Shown piece by piece: positions 9,827 through 18,010 of a stretch of DNA of 54,530 bases. How positions within the stretch are numbered: position 1 is the stretch's first letter; each line of letters opens with the position of its first letter. The stretch is from an uncultured Clostridium sp. Lineage in GTDB: Bacteria > Bacillota_I > Bacilli_A > RF39 > UBA660. The DNA is taken from positions 1-54,530 of the forward strand of contig CAZOBH010000006.1 of assembly GCA_964578175.1 (NCBI GenBank), given 5' to 3'. A program made the translations under genes and the position numbers. A model generated the notes under the pieces. It was not told the origin of the DNA, did no database searches, and worked only from the letters and a program-made list of their open reading frames with translations.

Positions 9827-9861
9827 AACCTATGTGATATAAGCACATAGGTTTTTGTTTT
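9827..9861 (+). terminator. Attenuator terminator after leader 1
   Basis: AACCTATGTG-ATATAAG-CACATAGGTT perfect 10-bp stem followed by TTTGTTTT. Confidence 0.8.
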
Positions 9862-9871
9862 GGAGGTAACT

Positions 9872-9913
9872 ATGGAAAATATTTTAATTATAAGACGAAG
9901 ATTATTACGGTAA
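9872..9913 (+). CDS. Leader peptide 2 (MENILIIRRRLLR)
   Basis: GGAGG at 9862-9866; Arg codons AGA CGA AGA and a final CGG. Confidence 0.75.
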   Translation: MENILIIRRRLLR

Positions 9914-10009
9914 CTTGTACTTTTATTAGTACAAGTATTTTGACATGCCTGTACTAATCCTAGAAATTGTTTATTAGTACAGGTTAATAGATAATTTTTA
10001 GGAGGATAT
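9913..10009 (+). promoter_or_regulatory. Alternative hairpins, including an SD-sequestering stem (translational attenuator)
   Basis: 9913-9920:9929-9936; 9925-9933:9950-9958; 9948-9958:9973-9983; 9958-9977:9984-10003, the last covering part of the AGGAGG RBS. Confidence 0.65.
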
Positions 10010-11062
10010 ATGAAAGAAGAAATAATAAAAACATTAAAAGATTTATTAAGTTTTAAAACTTATAAAGATAATAAATTAGAATTTGATAAATTATTTAATT
10101 ATATAAAAAAAGAATATAAAAGTTTAAATATAGAAGAATATGTATTTGATAATAAAAAGTGTTTAGTACTTAGTAATAGTAAGTCTCATGATTTAGATAT
10201 AATATTTTGTTGTCATATAGATGTTGTATATGCAGATGATTATAGTATTAAAGAAGATAATGATAATCTATATGGAAGAGGAACTATCGATATGAAAGGT
10301 AGTACTGCAGTGTGTCTTAATATTATGAAAAATCTAAATACTGATAAAAAAATAGCATTATTTATTACAAGTGATGAAGAAGTAGATGGTTATACTGCTT
10401 CATGTCTTGTTAAAGAATATAATAGTAAGTTTGCAATAGTACCAGATGGAGGATCTAATTTTGAACTTATTAGTGAAGAAAAAGGATTAATGCAATTAAA
10501 ACTTAGTGTTAATACTAAATCATGTCATGCAGCTCAATTATTTAATGGAGAAAACGCTATTGTTAAACTATTTGATGTTTATAAAAAAATAATAGAGAAG
10601 TATCCATTACCTAAATCAAGTAATGATTATATTACTAGTATTAATTTATCTAAATTAAATGGAGGAACATCTAATAATCAAGTTCCTGGTTATGCTGAAA
10701 TGATCTTAGATATTAGAAATATTAAATCAGATAGTTTAGATAAAATATTTAAATTTATTAAAAATATAGATAAAGATGTAAAAGTAGAAACAATTATAAT
10801 TGGACCTACTTTTAGTACTAATTTAAATAATAAGTATGTAAAACAATATATTAGCTCTTGTGAAAAAATACTAAATAAAGATATTAAAATAATTGGATGT
10901 GAATCAACTAGTGATGCTATTTTCTTTAGTGAGAAGAATATACCTACTGTTATTATGAATCCTTGTGGATATTATGCCCATTCTCCACAAGAATATGTCA
11001 ATAAAAATAGTTTATTAGATTTATATAATATTTATTATGATTTTATTAAGGAGTTTAAATAA
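10010..11062 (+). CDS. M20 family metallohydrolase (ArgE/DapE-like)
   Basis: CHIDVV, GRGTIDMKG, DEE, HAA, SDA and HSPQE metal-ligand motifs. Confidence 0.88.
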   Translation: MKEEIIKTLKDLLSFKTYKDNKLEFDKLFNYIKKEYKSLNIEEYVFDNKKCLVLSNSKSHDLDIIFCCHIDVVYADDYSIKEDNDNLYGRGTIDMKGSTAVCLNIMKNLNTDKKIALFITSDEEVDGYTASCLVKEYNSKFAIVPDGGSNFELISEEKGLMQLKLSVNTKSCHAAQLFNGENAIVKLFDVYKKIIEKYPLPKSSNDYITSINLSKLNGGTSNNQVPGYAEMILDIRNIKSDSLDKIFKFIKNIDKDVKVETIIIGPTFSTNLNNKYVKQYISSCEKILNKDIKIIGCESTSDAIFFSEKNIPTVIMNPCGYYAHSPQEYVNKNSLLDLYNIYYDFIKEFK

Positions 11063-11814
11063 TGGAAGCTCTTAATAAAAAAACAGTAAATATCGATTTA
11101 AACTATTTATATTATAGAGCAATATTTTTAGACGATTCAGAGTTTAGAGTATGGAAAAAATTAGAAAATGGTTGTTCTATTGCAACTATGGGTTATTCTG
11201 AAGAAAATGTTTTAGTACTTATGAAATTATTAGAGTCTTTTGCCGAACAATACGGAGAAGAAATAACTTATGAATCAGCAAGTGATGAATTAAAATTATA
11301 TCAAGATAATGGTAAATTATTTATTTATCTTGATGAAAATAATAATCCAGTATCTATGAATGGAGTTACTTATAATGAAGATAATATTAGCGTAGGTTTT
11401 GGAAGTTCTGATGATAGAGATATTTCATCTTTATATTTTTATGGATTATCAACAGTTCATGAATATAGGGGGAAAGGTGCTTGTAGAACATTGATTGATT
11501 TCGCTATTCAATATGCTTATTACAATAATTTTGATTTAGTATATGCAAGAACTGATTTAATTAATTCTAATTCCGAATGGATTATGCAAAACGCTGGTTT
11601 AGAAGTATGTAAAAATGATAATGATATTATAGCTGAATGGGTACCTGTAACTGAGTCTAAAGGTGATTATAGACTTCATATGTGGTTACCTTTAAAAGAA
11701 GATATTTATATATATCCAAAGGAAGATGCAATTATGGCTGATGGTATTACAAGAGAAATAAAAGTTAAAAAAGATAAAGTAAAAAAGAAGGATTTTGTTT
11801 ATGAAGAAATTTAA
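11062..11814 (+). CDS. GNAT family N-acetyltransferase
   Basis: Motif A STVHEYRGKGACRTLI and N..S..IMQNAG; translationally coupled to the upstream gene. Confidence 0.75.
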   Translation: MEALNKKTVNIDLNYLYYRAIFLDDSEFRVWKKLENGCSIATMGYSEENVLVLMKLLESFAEQYGEEITYESASDELKLYQDNGKLFIYLDENNNPVSMNGVTYNEDNISVGFGSSDDRDISSLYFYGLSTVHEYRGKGACRTLIDFAIQYAYYNNFDLVYARTDLINSNSEWIMQNAGLEVCKNDNDIIAEWVPVTESKGDYRLHMWLPLKEDIYIYPKEDAIMADGITREIKVKKDKVKKKDFVYEEI

Positions 11815-12529
11815 AATTAATGATGAAGTATTTGATATTTTAGGAGATATATCAGTAGGTGTATTAGTTCTTAAAAATGTTAATGAGAATAAAAAGTTAA
11901 GTGATATAGAATCAAAAGAAATAAAAGAGTTACTTGAAAATAGTAATAATTATTCTAAAAAGTATTTAACAAGTGATGTTATATCTGAAAATGATGTTGT
12001 TAAAGTATGGAGAGAAATATATCAAAAGTTTCCGACTAAAAAAGGAGTTCGTTGTTCTTTAGAAAATTTACTTAAAAGAGTATTACATGATAATCCAGTT
12101 GGAAGTATTTTACCATCTATAGATATTACTAATTCTATTTCCTTAAAATATGCTTTACCAATAGGTGCAGAAGATTTAGATAAAATAGATGGTGATTTGT
12201 TTTTAGGAGTTATGGAAGGATCTGAACATTTTCTACCTATTGGAAGTGAAGAAGAAGATAAACCATTAAAAGGTGAAATAGCATATTGTGATAATTATGG
12301 AGTTGTATGTAGATGTCTTAATTGGAGAGATGGAGTAAGAACTGAAATAACAGATGATACAACGTTAGAATTTATCGCAATGGAATGTGTTGAAAAAGAT
12401 AAACTTGATGATCTAAATAATGCTCTTCTAGAACTAGCTAATTTGATGAGTAAATACTTAGATTGTGAAGTAGTATTGAAAACAATAGTTGATAAAAATA
12501 ATAAAGAAGTTGTTTTAATTGAAGGATAG
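11801..12529 (+). CDS. Stand-alone B3/4 (PheRS-beta editing-like) domain protein
   Basis: WREIY..F.TKKGVRCSLENLLKR, DITNSISLKYALPIGAEDLDKIDG and CRCLNWR are typical of the family; ATG 11801 follows AAGAAGGA. Confidence 0.85.
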   Translation: MKKFKINDEVFDILGDISVGVLVLKNVNENKKLSDIESKEIKELLENSNNYSKKYLTSDVISENDVVKVWREIYQKFPTKKGVRCSLENLLKRVLHDNPVGSILPSIDITNSISLKYALPIGAEDLDKIDGDLFLGVMEGSEHFLPIGSEEEDKPLKGEIAYCDNYGVVCRCLNWRDGVRTEITDDTTLEFIAMECVEKDKLDDLNNALLELANLMSKYLDCEVVLKTIVDKNNKEVVLIEG

Positions 12530-12550
12530 TTTAAATATCCTTTTTTTTAT
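12522..12550 (+). terminator. Intrinsic terminator (copy 1 of a direct repeat)
   Basis: AAGGATA-GTTTAAA-TATCCTT plus T-run. Confidence 0.75.
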
Positions 12551-12619
12551 AATTTACATTAATAATATTTGTTTAGTATACTTTAATTGAAAAAATAAGT
12601 ATATGAAGGAGTGTTATTA

Positions 12620-13498
12620 ATGGAAGAAGTATCACAAGAATTTTTAGACTTTTTTTGTGTAAGATTAGATCAAATACCAATTCAGGGAAATATAGGTGAT
12701 TGTTTACATTGGGAATTTAATTCAAGCAAATCTCCTTCACTAAATGAAAGTGAATTTATTTATTATGAGGGAACCATTAATTTTACATATAATGGTGTAA
12801 CTTATATAAGTCGTGATGGAGACGATGTTAGAGCATATTTAAGTAGTAAAGGATTTAAGGATTGTAAACATGGTAAAAGAGCAGATACAATTTTAGCAGC
12901 TTGGTATAGTATTACTAGTACGATGATTTATAAATATCATGTTGATGATCCTGTTTTTAGAAAATATGCAGCTATTGCTCTTCCCCATCACCTAAGTCCT
13001 ACTTTAACTAGTAAAAATATTGGAAGAACAGATGAAGAAATACATAGAACTATTGAAAGAGTTAGAGAAGAAGAAGCTATTTTTTCTGATGATGCTAGTA
13101 AGTGGTTAGAAAGTGAATGGGGAAAATATTTACAAGTTGAAAGAGATAGATTATTATTTGATGTTGCTGTTAATCATATGCAATCTAGCTTAGATAGATT
13201 AGGTTATGGTAATGTACATTTAAAGACTGATGATATTAGTATTGAAGCTAGAGAGAGAATAATTAATTATTGGCTAAAATCTAATGGAATTGATGAGCAA
13301 TATAGTTTATCTGGTCCATATAAAGATCTGATAAATGGTAAGAATTTTGATAATAACAATCCGATTATTATTGATACTGAATATGAACAAAATCCTTTAA
13401 TGAGACCCAAACCAATTGCTATATCTGTAGATGAAGTTGTTAATGCTTTGGATAGTTTAATTAACTCTAAAAATAATACGAATAAAATGAAAATATAA
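12620..13498 (+). CDS. Hypothetical protein (orphan)
   Basis: GAAGGAG RBS before ATG 12620; about 292 aa; no motif recognised. Confidence 0.7.
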   Translation: MEEVSQEFLDFFCVRLDQIPIQGNIGDCLHWEFNSSKSPSLNESEFIYYEGTINFTYNGVTYISRDGDDVRAYLSSKGFKDCKHGKRADTILAAWYSITSTMIYKYHVDDPVFRKYAAIALPHHLSPTLTSKNIGRTDEEIHRTIERVREEEAIFSDDASKWLESEWGKYLQVERDRLLFDVAVNHMQSSLDRLGYGNVHLKTDDISIEARERIINYWLKSNGIDEQYSLSGPYKDLINGKNFDNNNPIIIDTEYEQNPLMRPKPIAISVDEVVNALDSLINSKNNTNKMKI

Positions 13499-13518
13499 TA
13501 AATAAATAAATTTTATTC

Positions 13519-13546
13519 AAGGATAGATTAAATATCCTTTTTTTAT
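13519..13546 (+). terminator. Intrinsic terminator (copy 2 of a direct repeat)
   Basis: AAGGATA-GATTAAA-TATCCTT plus T-run; nearly identical to 12522-12550. Confidence 0.75.
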
Positions 13547-13591
13547 TTATAAAAAAAGCGTATACTAATTATGAGAGTTATAGGTGAGAAT

Positions 13592-15082
13592 ATGAAAAAC
13601 AACATAGTTGAATATTTGGATGAAGTTATAAAAAATAATCCAAGAAAAAATATTTTTATTGAAAAGAATAGAAAGATTACTTATAAAGAATTTGGTAATC
13701 AATCTAAAAAAATAGCATCTAATATTTTAGATAAATATGATTTAAAAAATAAACCAATTGCTATATTTATAGATAAATCTATTAATTGTTTATTATCTAT
13801 GTTTGGTACATTATATAGTAGAAATTTTTATTGTGTAATAGATGTTAATTCACCCAAGAATAGAATAGATACTATTATTAATACTTTAGAACCTAGTTTG
13901 ATTATTACTGATAATAAGAATATAGATAAAATTAAAAATTATTCTTATTCTATAAATATATTAAATATAGATGAACTAGATGATATTAAGTTTTCTAATT
14001 TTAAAATTAATTATTGCCTTACAGATCCAGCATATGTTTTATTTACTAGTGGATCTACTGGAGTACCTAAAGGTAGTGTAATACTTGAGAGTTCTTTAAT
14101 TAGTTATATAGATTGGTTTAAAGAAGAATTTAATATTAATAAAGAAACTGTTTTTGGTAGTCAAACGCCATTTTATTTTAGTATGTCAGTATCTGATATT
14201 TTTGCAACTGTTGTTAGTGGAGCGACATTTGTAATAATACCTAAAGTTAATTTTTCATTTCCTTTAAAACTTATAGAATTTTTAAATGAATATAAAATAA
14301 ATACTATTTATTGGGTCCCATCAGCACTAGCAATAGTAGCTAATTTAAAAACATTTGATTATATAAAACCAAAGTATTTAGAAAAAGTATTATTTGCAGG
14401 TGAAGTTATGCCAATGCCTGTACTAAATATTTGGAGAAAACATTTACCAAAATGTTTATATGCAAACTTGTTTGGACCTACAGAAACAACTGATATATTT
14501 GCTTTCTATAAAGTTAATAGAAAGTTTAAAGACAATGAAACATTACCTATGGGAGTTCCTTGTAAAAATGTAGATATTATTATGATTGATTCTGATAATA
14601 AAGAATCAAATGAAGGAGAAATATATGTAAGGAGTCCTTTTGTAGGAAACGGATATTATAATAATAAAGAAAAAACAGATGTTAGTTTCATTCAAAATCC
14701 TACTCATAATAATTATATAGATATAGTTTATAAAACAGGAGATCTTGGTAAATATAATAAATATGGAGAAATAGAATATCTTGGTAGAAAAGACTTTCAA
14801 ATTAAACATATGGGATATAGAATAGAACTTGGTGAAATTGAAAGTAATATTAATTCTTTAGATGGAATAAATATTTGTGCTTGTATTTATCAAGATGATA
14901 AGATAATACTATATTATGAATCAAATAATCTAGATGATGATGATGTAGTAGATTTTTCTAATAAACATTTACTAAATTATATGAGACCTAATGTTATTAA
15001 AAAGATTATTAAAATGCCATATAATGCAAATGGTAAAATAGATAGAGTTAAATTAAAAGAAATGTATAAAGAAGGAGAATAG
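13592..15082 (+). CDS. Stand-alone adenylation domain, DltA-like
   Basis: YVLFTSGSTGVPKG, NLFGPTETT, YKTGDLG, GRKDFQIKHMGYRIELGEIE and NGKIDR; GGTGAG before ATG 13592. Confidence 0.9.
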   Translation: MKNNIVEYLDEVIKNNPRKNIFIEKNRKITYKEFGNQSKKIASNILDKYDLKNKPIAIFIDKSINCLLSMFGTLYSRNFYCVIDVNSPKNRIDTIINTLEPSLIITDNKNIDKIKNYSYSINILNIDELDDIKFSNFKINYCLTDPAYVLFTSGSTGVPKGSVILESSLISYIDWFKEEFNINKETVFGSQTPFYFSMSVSDIFATVVSGATFVIIPKVNFSFPLKLIEFLNEYKINTIYWVPSALAIVANLKTFDYIKPKYLEKVLFAGEVMPMPVLNIWRKHLPKCLYANLFGPTETTDIFAFYKVNRKFKDNETLPMGVPCKNVDIIMIDSDNKESNEGEIYVRSPFVGNGYYNNKEKTDVSFIQNPTHNNYIDIVYKTGDLGKYNKYGEIEYLGRKDFQIKHMGYRIELGEIESNINSLDGINICACIYQDDKIILYYESNNLDDDDVVDFSNKHLLNYMRPNVIKKIIKMPYNANGKIDRVKLKEMYKEGE

Positions 15083-15084
15083 AT

Positions 15085-15306
15085 ATGAAAGAAATAATTG
15101 AAATTTTAAATGAAGTTAAACCAGGAGAAGATTATGAACATGAAGAAGAATTAGTTAGTAATGGAATATTAACATCTTTTGATATAGTAACTTTAATATC
15201 TTTATTAAATACTAAATTTGATATATCAATTACAGTTACTGATTTAGTTCCTGAAAACTTTGAATCAGCAAAAACTATAAAAGAATTAGTTGATAGATTA
15301 AAATAA
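15085..15306 (+). CDS. Acyl/aminoacyl carrier protein (DltC-like)
   Basis: 73-aa acidic protein with GILTSFDIV (phosphopantetheine Ser) and PENF. Confidence 0.85.
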   Translation: MKEIIEILNEVKPGEDYEHEEELVSNGILTSFDIVTLISLLNTKFDISITVTDLVPENFESAKTIKELVDRLK

Positions 15307-15325
15307 TTAGAAACTGGTGGGAGAT

Positions 15326-16813
15326 ATGAATTATACGTCATTAAACTTTTTACTATTTATATCAGTAATAGTACTTATATATTATTTGTTCCCTAAAAAG
15401 TATAGATGGACTGTATTACTAGTAAGTAGTATTATTTGTTATTACTTAATGAGTGGTTGGTTATTACTTTTTGTTATACTTGGAACACTTATATCTTATA
15501 TAGGTGCTAAAATATTAGAAAAAGAGAAGAAAAGAAAAAAGAAAATATTTATATTAACTCTTATATTAGTATTAGGATTCTTACTTGTACTTAAATATAA
15601 TAATTTTATTAGTTCTTTATTAAATCCTATTTTAAACTTAGTTAATTTAAATATTCCATTTAAGAAGTTTATATTACCGGTAGGTATATCTTACTATACA
15701 TTAGAGATGATATCTTATATATCTGATGTATATTTAAAAAAGATAAAAGCAGAAAAGAACTTTTTTAAATTATTAACATTCTTTACTTATTTTCCAAAAG
15801 TATTAGAAGGACCAATTTCTAAATATAGGGAAATATCTAAAGATATGTTTTCTATTCATAAATTCAATTATGATAGTTTTAGAAAAGCTTGGATATTAAT
15901 TGGAATAGGATTTATAAAAAAATTAGTTATAGCTGATAGAGCTGGAATATTTGTTAATAATTTCTTTAGTGATGGACACACTGGTCTTTTAACTATAGTT
16001 GCAGTCATTATGTATACGATCCAATTATATTTTGATTTTAGTGGATGTATAGATATTATTTCAGGAGTATCTGAATTATTTGGAATTAAGTTACCTGAAA
16101 ACTTTAGACAACCATTCTTTAGTAAATCAATTGAAGAGTTTTGGAGAAGATGGCATATTACTTTAGGTCTTTGGTTAAAAGAATATATATTCTTTCCAAT
16201 ATCATTATCTAAAATGAATATGAATTTAAATAAGAAAATGAGAAATGTTAAATTCAAACATTTATCTAGGTTTATAATAATAGCTTTCCCATTATTCTTT
16301 GTTTGGTTCTTTAATGGTTTATGGCATGGACCTACAATAAAATATGTATTATATGGATTATATTATTATATATTGATGATGTTAGGAGTGTTATTTAAAC
16401 CTATTTTAGATAAACTTGTTAAATTATTAAGAATTAATACTAAAGTGTTTAGTTATAGATTATTTCAAATATTAAGAACAACAATAATAGTATGTTTTGG
16501 AATGCTTATATTTAGAACTGAAACTATACCTGAAGTATTTGAAATAATTAAAAATATTAAAATAAGTGACCCAGTTAATTTCTTTGATTTAGGAATTAAC
16601 ATAAAAGAATTTGTACCTTTCTTAATATCATTATTTGCAATGTTCTTTATTAGTTTAGCTAAAGAGTTAAAAATAAATGTAAGAGAAAAATTAGAAGAAC
16701 AAAATCTAGTATTTAGATGGTGTGTATATTGGATAATAATATTTACAGTTATAATATTTGGTGTATACGGAAAAGGTTATGATGCAGCTAGTTTTATCTA
16801 TGGAGGCTTCTAA
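15326..16813 (+). CDS. MBOAT family O-acyltransferase (DltB/AlgI-like)
   Basis: LPVGISYYT, FDFSGC, ENFRQPFFS, EFWRRWHITL and LWHG. Confidence 0.92.
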   Translation: MNYTSLNFLLFISVIVLIYYLFPKKYRWTVLLVSSIICYYLMSGWLLLFVILGTLISYIGAKILEKEKKRKKKIFILTLILVLGFLLVLKYNNFISSLLNPILNLVNLNIPFKKFILPVGISYYTLEMISYISDVYLKKIKAEKNFFKLLTFFTYFPKVLEGPISKYREISKDMFSIHKFNYDSFRKAWILIGIGFIKKLVIADRAGIFVNNFFSDGHTGLLTIVAVIMYTIQLYFDFSGCIDIISGVSELFGIKLPENFRQPFFSKSIEEFWRRWHITLGLWLKEYIFFPISLSKMNMNLNKKMRNVKFKHLSRFIIIAFPLFFVWFFNGLWHGPTIKYVLYGLYYYILMMLGVLFKPILDKLVKLLRINTKVFSYRLFQILRTTIIVCFGMLIFRTETIPEVFEIIKNIKISDPVNFFDLGINIKEFVPFLISLFAMFFISLAKELKINVREKLEEQNLVFRWCVYWIIIFTVIIFGVYGKGYDAASFIYGGF

Positions 16814-17907
16814 TGAAAAAGTTTAAGAATTTATTACAATTTACGATATTTATAGGTTTAACTATTTATTTACTTTATGTAGCTGGATTTATTATAGCGC
16901 CAAAAGGAACTGATTATGATGATCAAGGAGGATCTTACACAGTTAATGGATTATATCAATTAAAGAAGAATCAATTAGATATATTATTTTTAGGAGATAG
17001 TAGTATGTCTAGATCTGTTTCACCTATGCAAATATATGAAGAAACAGGTATAACATCATATAATTATAGTATTAATTCATCACGTGTATATATGTCTTAT
17101 TATCTACTTAAAGATGCTTTAATTACTCAAAAACCAAAAGTAGTATTCATTGATACCATTACTTTATTCTATGAATATAGAGAAAAGGAAGCAGAACAAA
17201 GACCATCTTTTGATTATATGAGATGGAGTAAAGAAAAAGTAAATGTAGTTAATGATAAATTATTTAGTGAAAATTATTTTGATAAATTATCATTTATATT
17301 CCCAGTATTAAGATATCATGATAGATGGCAACATCTAGGAATGAAAGATATAAAACCATATTTTAGTAGTAGAAATTCTATTTCTAGAGGTTTCTATTTA
17401 AGTAGTAAATATAAACCAAATAAAAAAGCTAAAACATATATGGATAAAAATGACAAAGAAGTTCATATGTTAAAAGAAACAGAAGAGTATTTATATAAAT
17501 TAATCGATTTATGTAAGGAAGAAGATATAGATTTAATTTTCTTAGGTATTCCTGATACTAAAGTTTGGAATTATTCCTCATCAAAGAAAATGGAAGAGAT
17601 TGCAAAAGAGACAGATACTGTATTCCTAGATTTAAATGATAGTAAAAAATATAAATATGATTGGGATACAGATTCAGAAAATGGATCAACTCACTTTAAT
17701 ATCTATGGAGCTAAAAAAACAACAGAATATGTAACTGATTATATTTTAGATAACTATCATTTCAAAAGTCATAAAGATGATTCATATTATGATAATTGGA
17801 ATAAAGATTTAAAGAAATATAAGAAAAAGGAAAAAGCAACTATTGAGAAATTAGAATATAATATAGATCATAAAATAATGTATAAAAGTAAAAATAAAAA
17901 AAGATAA
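16813..17907 (+). CDS. SGNH-fold periplasmic-side acyltransferase (DltD/AlgJ-like role)
   Basis: N-terminal TM helix, FLGDSS (block I), D...H(F)N..GA (block V); coupled to the MBOAT gene. Confidence 0.7.
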   Translation: MKKFKNLLQFTIFIGLTIYLLYVAGFIIAPKGTDYDDQGGSYTVNGLYQLKKNQLDILFLGDSSMSRSVSPMQIYEETGITSYNYSINSSRVYMSYYLLKDALITQKPKVVFIDTITLFYEYREKEAEQRPSFDYMRWSKEKVNVVNDKLFSENYFDKLSFIFPVLRYHDRWQHLGMKDIKPYFSSRNSISRGFYLSSKYKPNKKAKTYMDKNDKEVHMLKETEEYLYKLIDLCKEEDIDLIFLGIPDTKVWNYSSSKKMEEIAKETDTVFLDLNDSKKYKYDWDTDSENGSTHFNIYGAKKTTEYVTDYILDNYHFKSHKDDSYYDNWNKDLKKYKKKEKATIEKLEYNIDHKIMYKSKNKKR

Positions 17908-17940
17908 AAAGTTAAGATGAAAAACTCTTAACTTTTTCTT
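17907..17940 (+). terminator. Intrinsic terminator
   Basis: AAAAGTTAAGA-N8-TCTTAACTTTT plus T-rich tail. Confidence 0.7.
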
Positions 17941-18010
17941 TTTATTTTCCTTGCAATTTATAATTAGTATCGTTATAATAGAAAACATATTTTTGCTGAG
18001 GTGATGAACT

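Noticed and set aside
9680-10009. T-box or guanidine (I-IV) riboswitch in the M20 operon leader
   Set aside because: No T-box AAGGTGG...ACC antiterminator bulge, no paired ACGR hairpins and no ykkC or guanidine-IV core seen; the uORF-coupled pairings explain the region better. Infernal/Rfam was not run.
13592-17907. Canonical dltABCD or an NRPS gene cluster
   Set aside because: Gene order and the fourth gene differ from dlt, the A4 Asp is absent, and there are no condensation or thioesterase domains.
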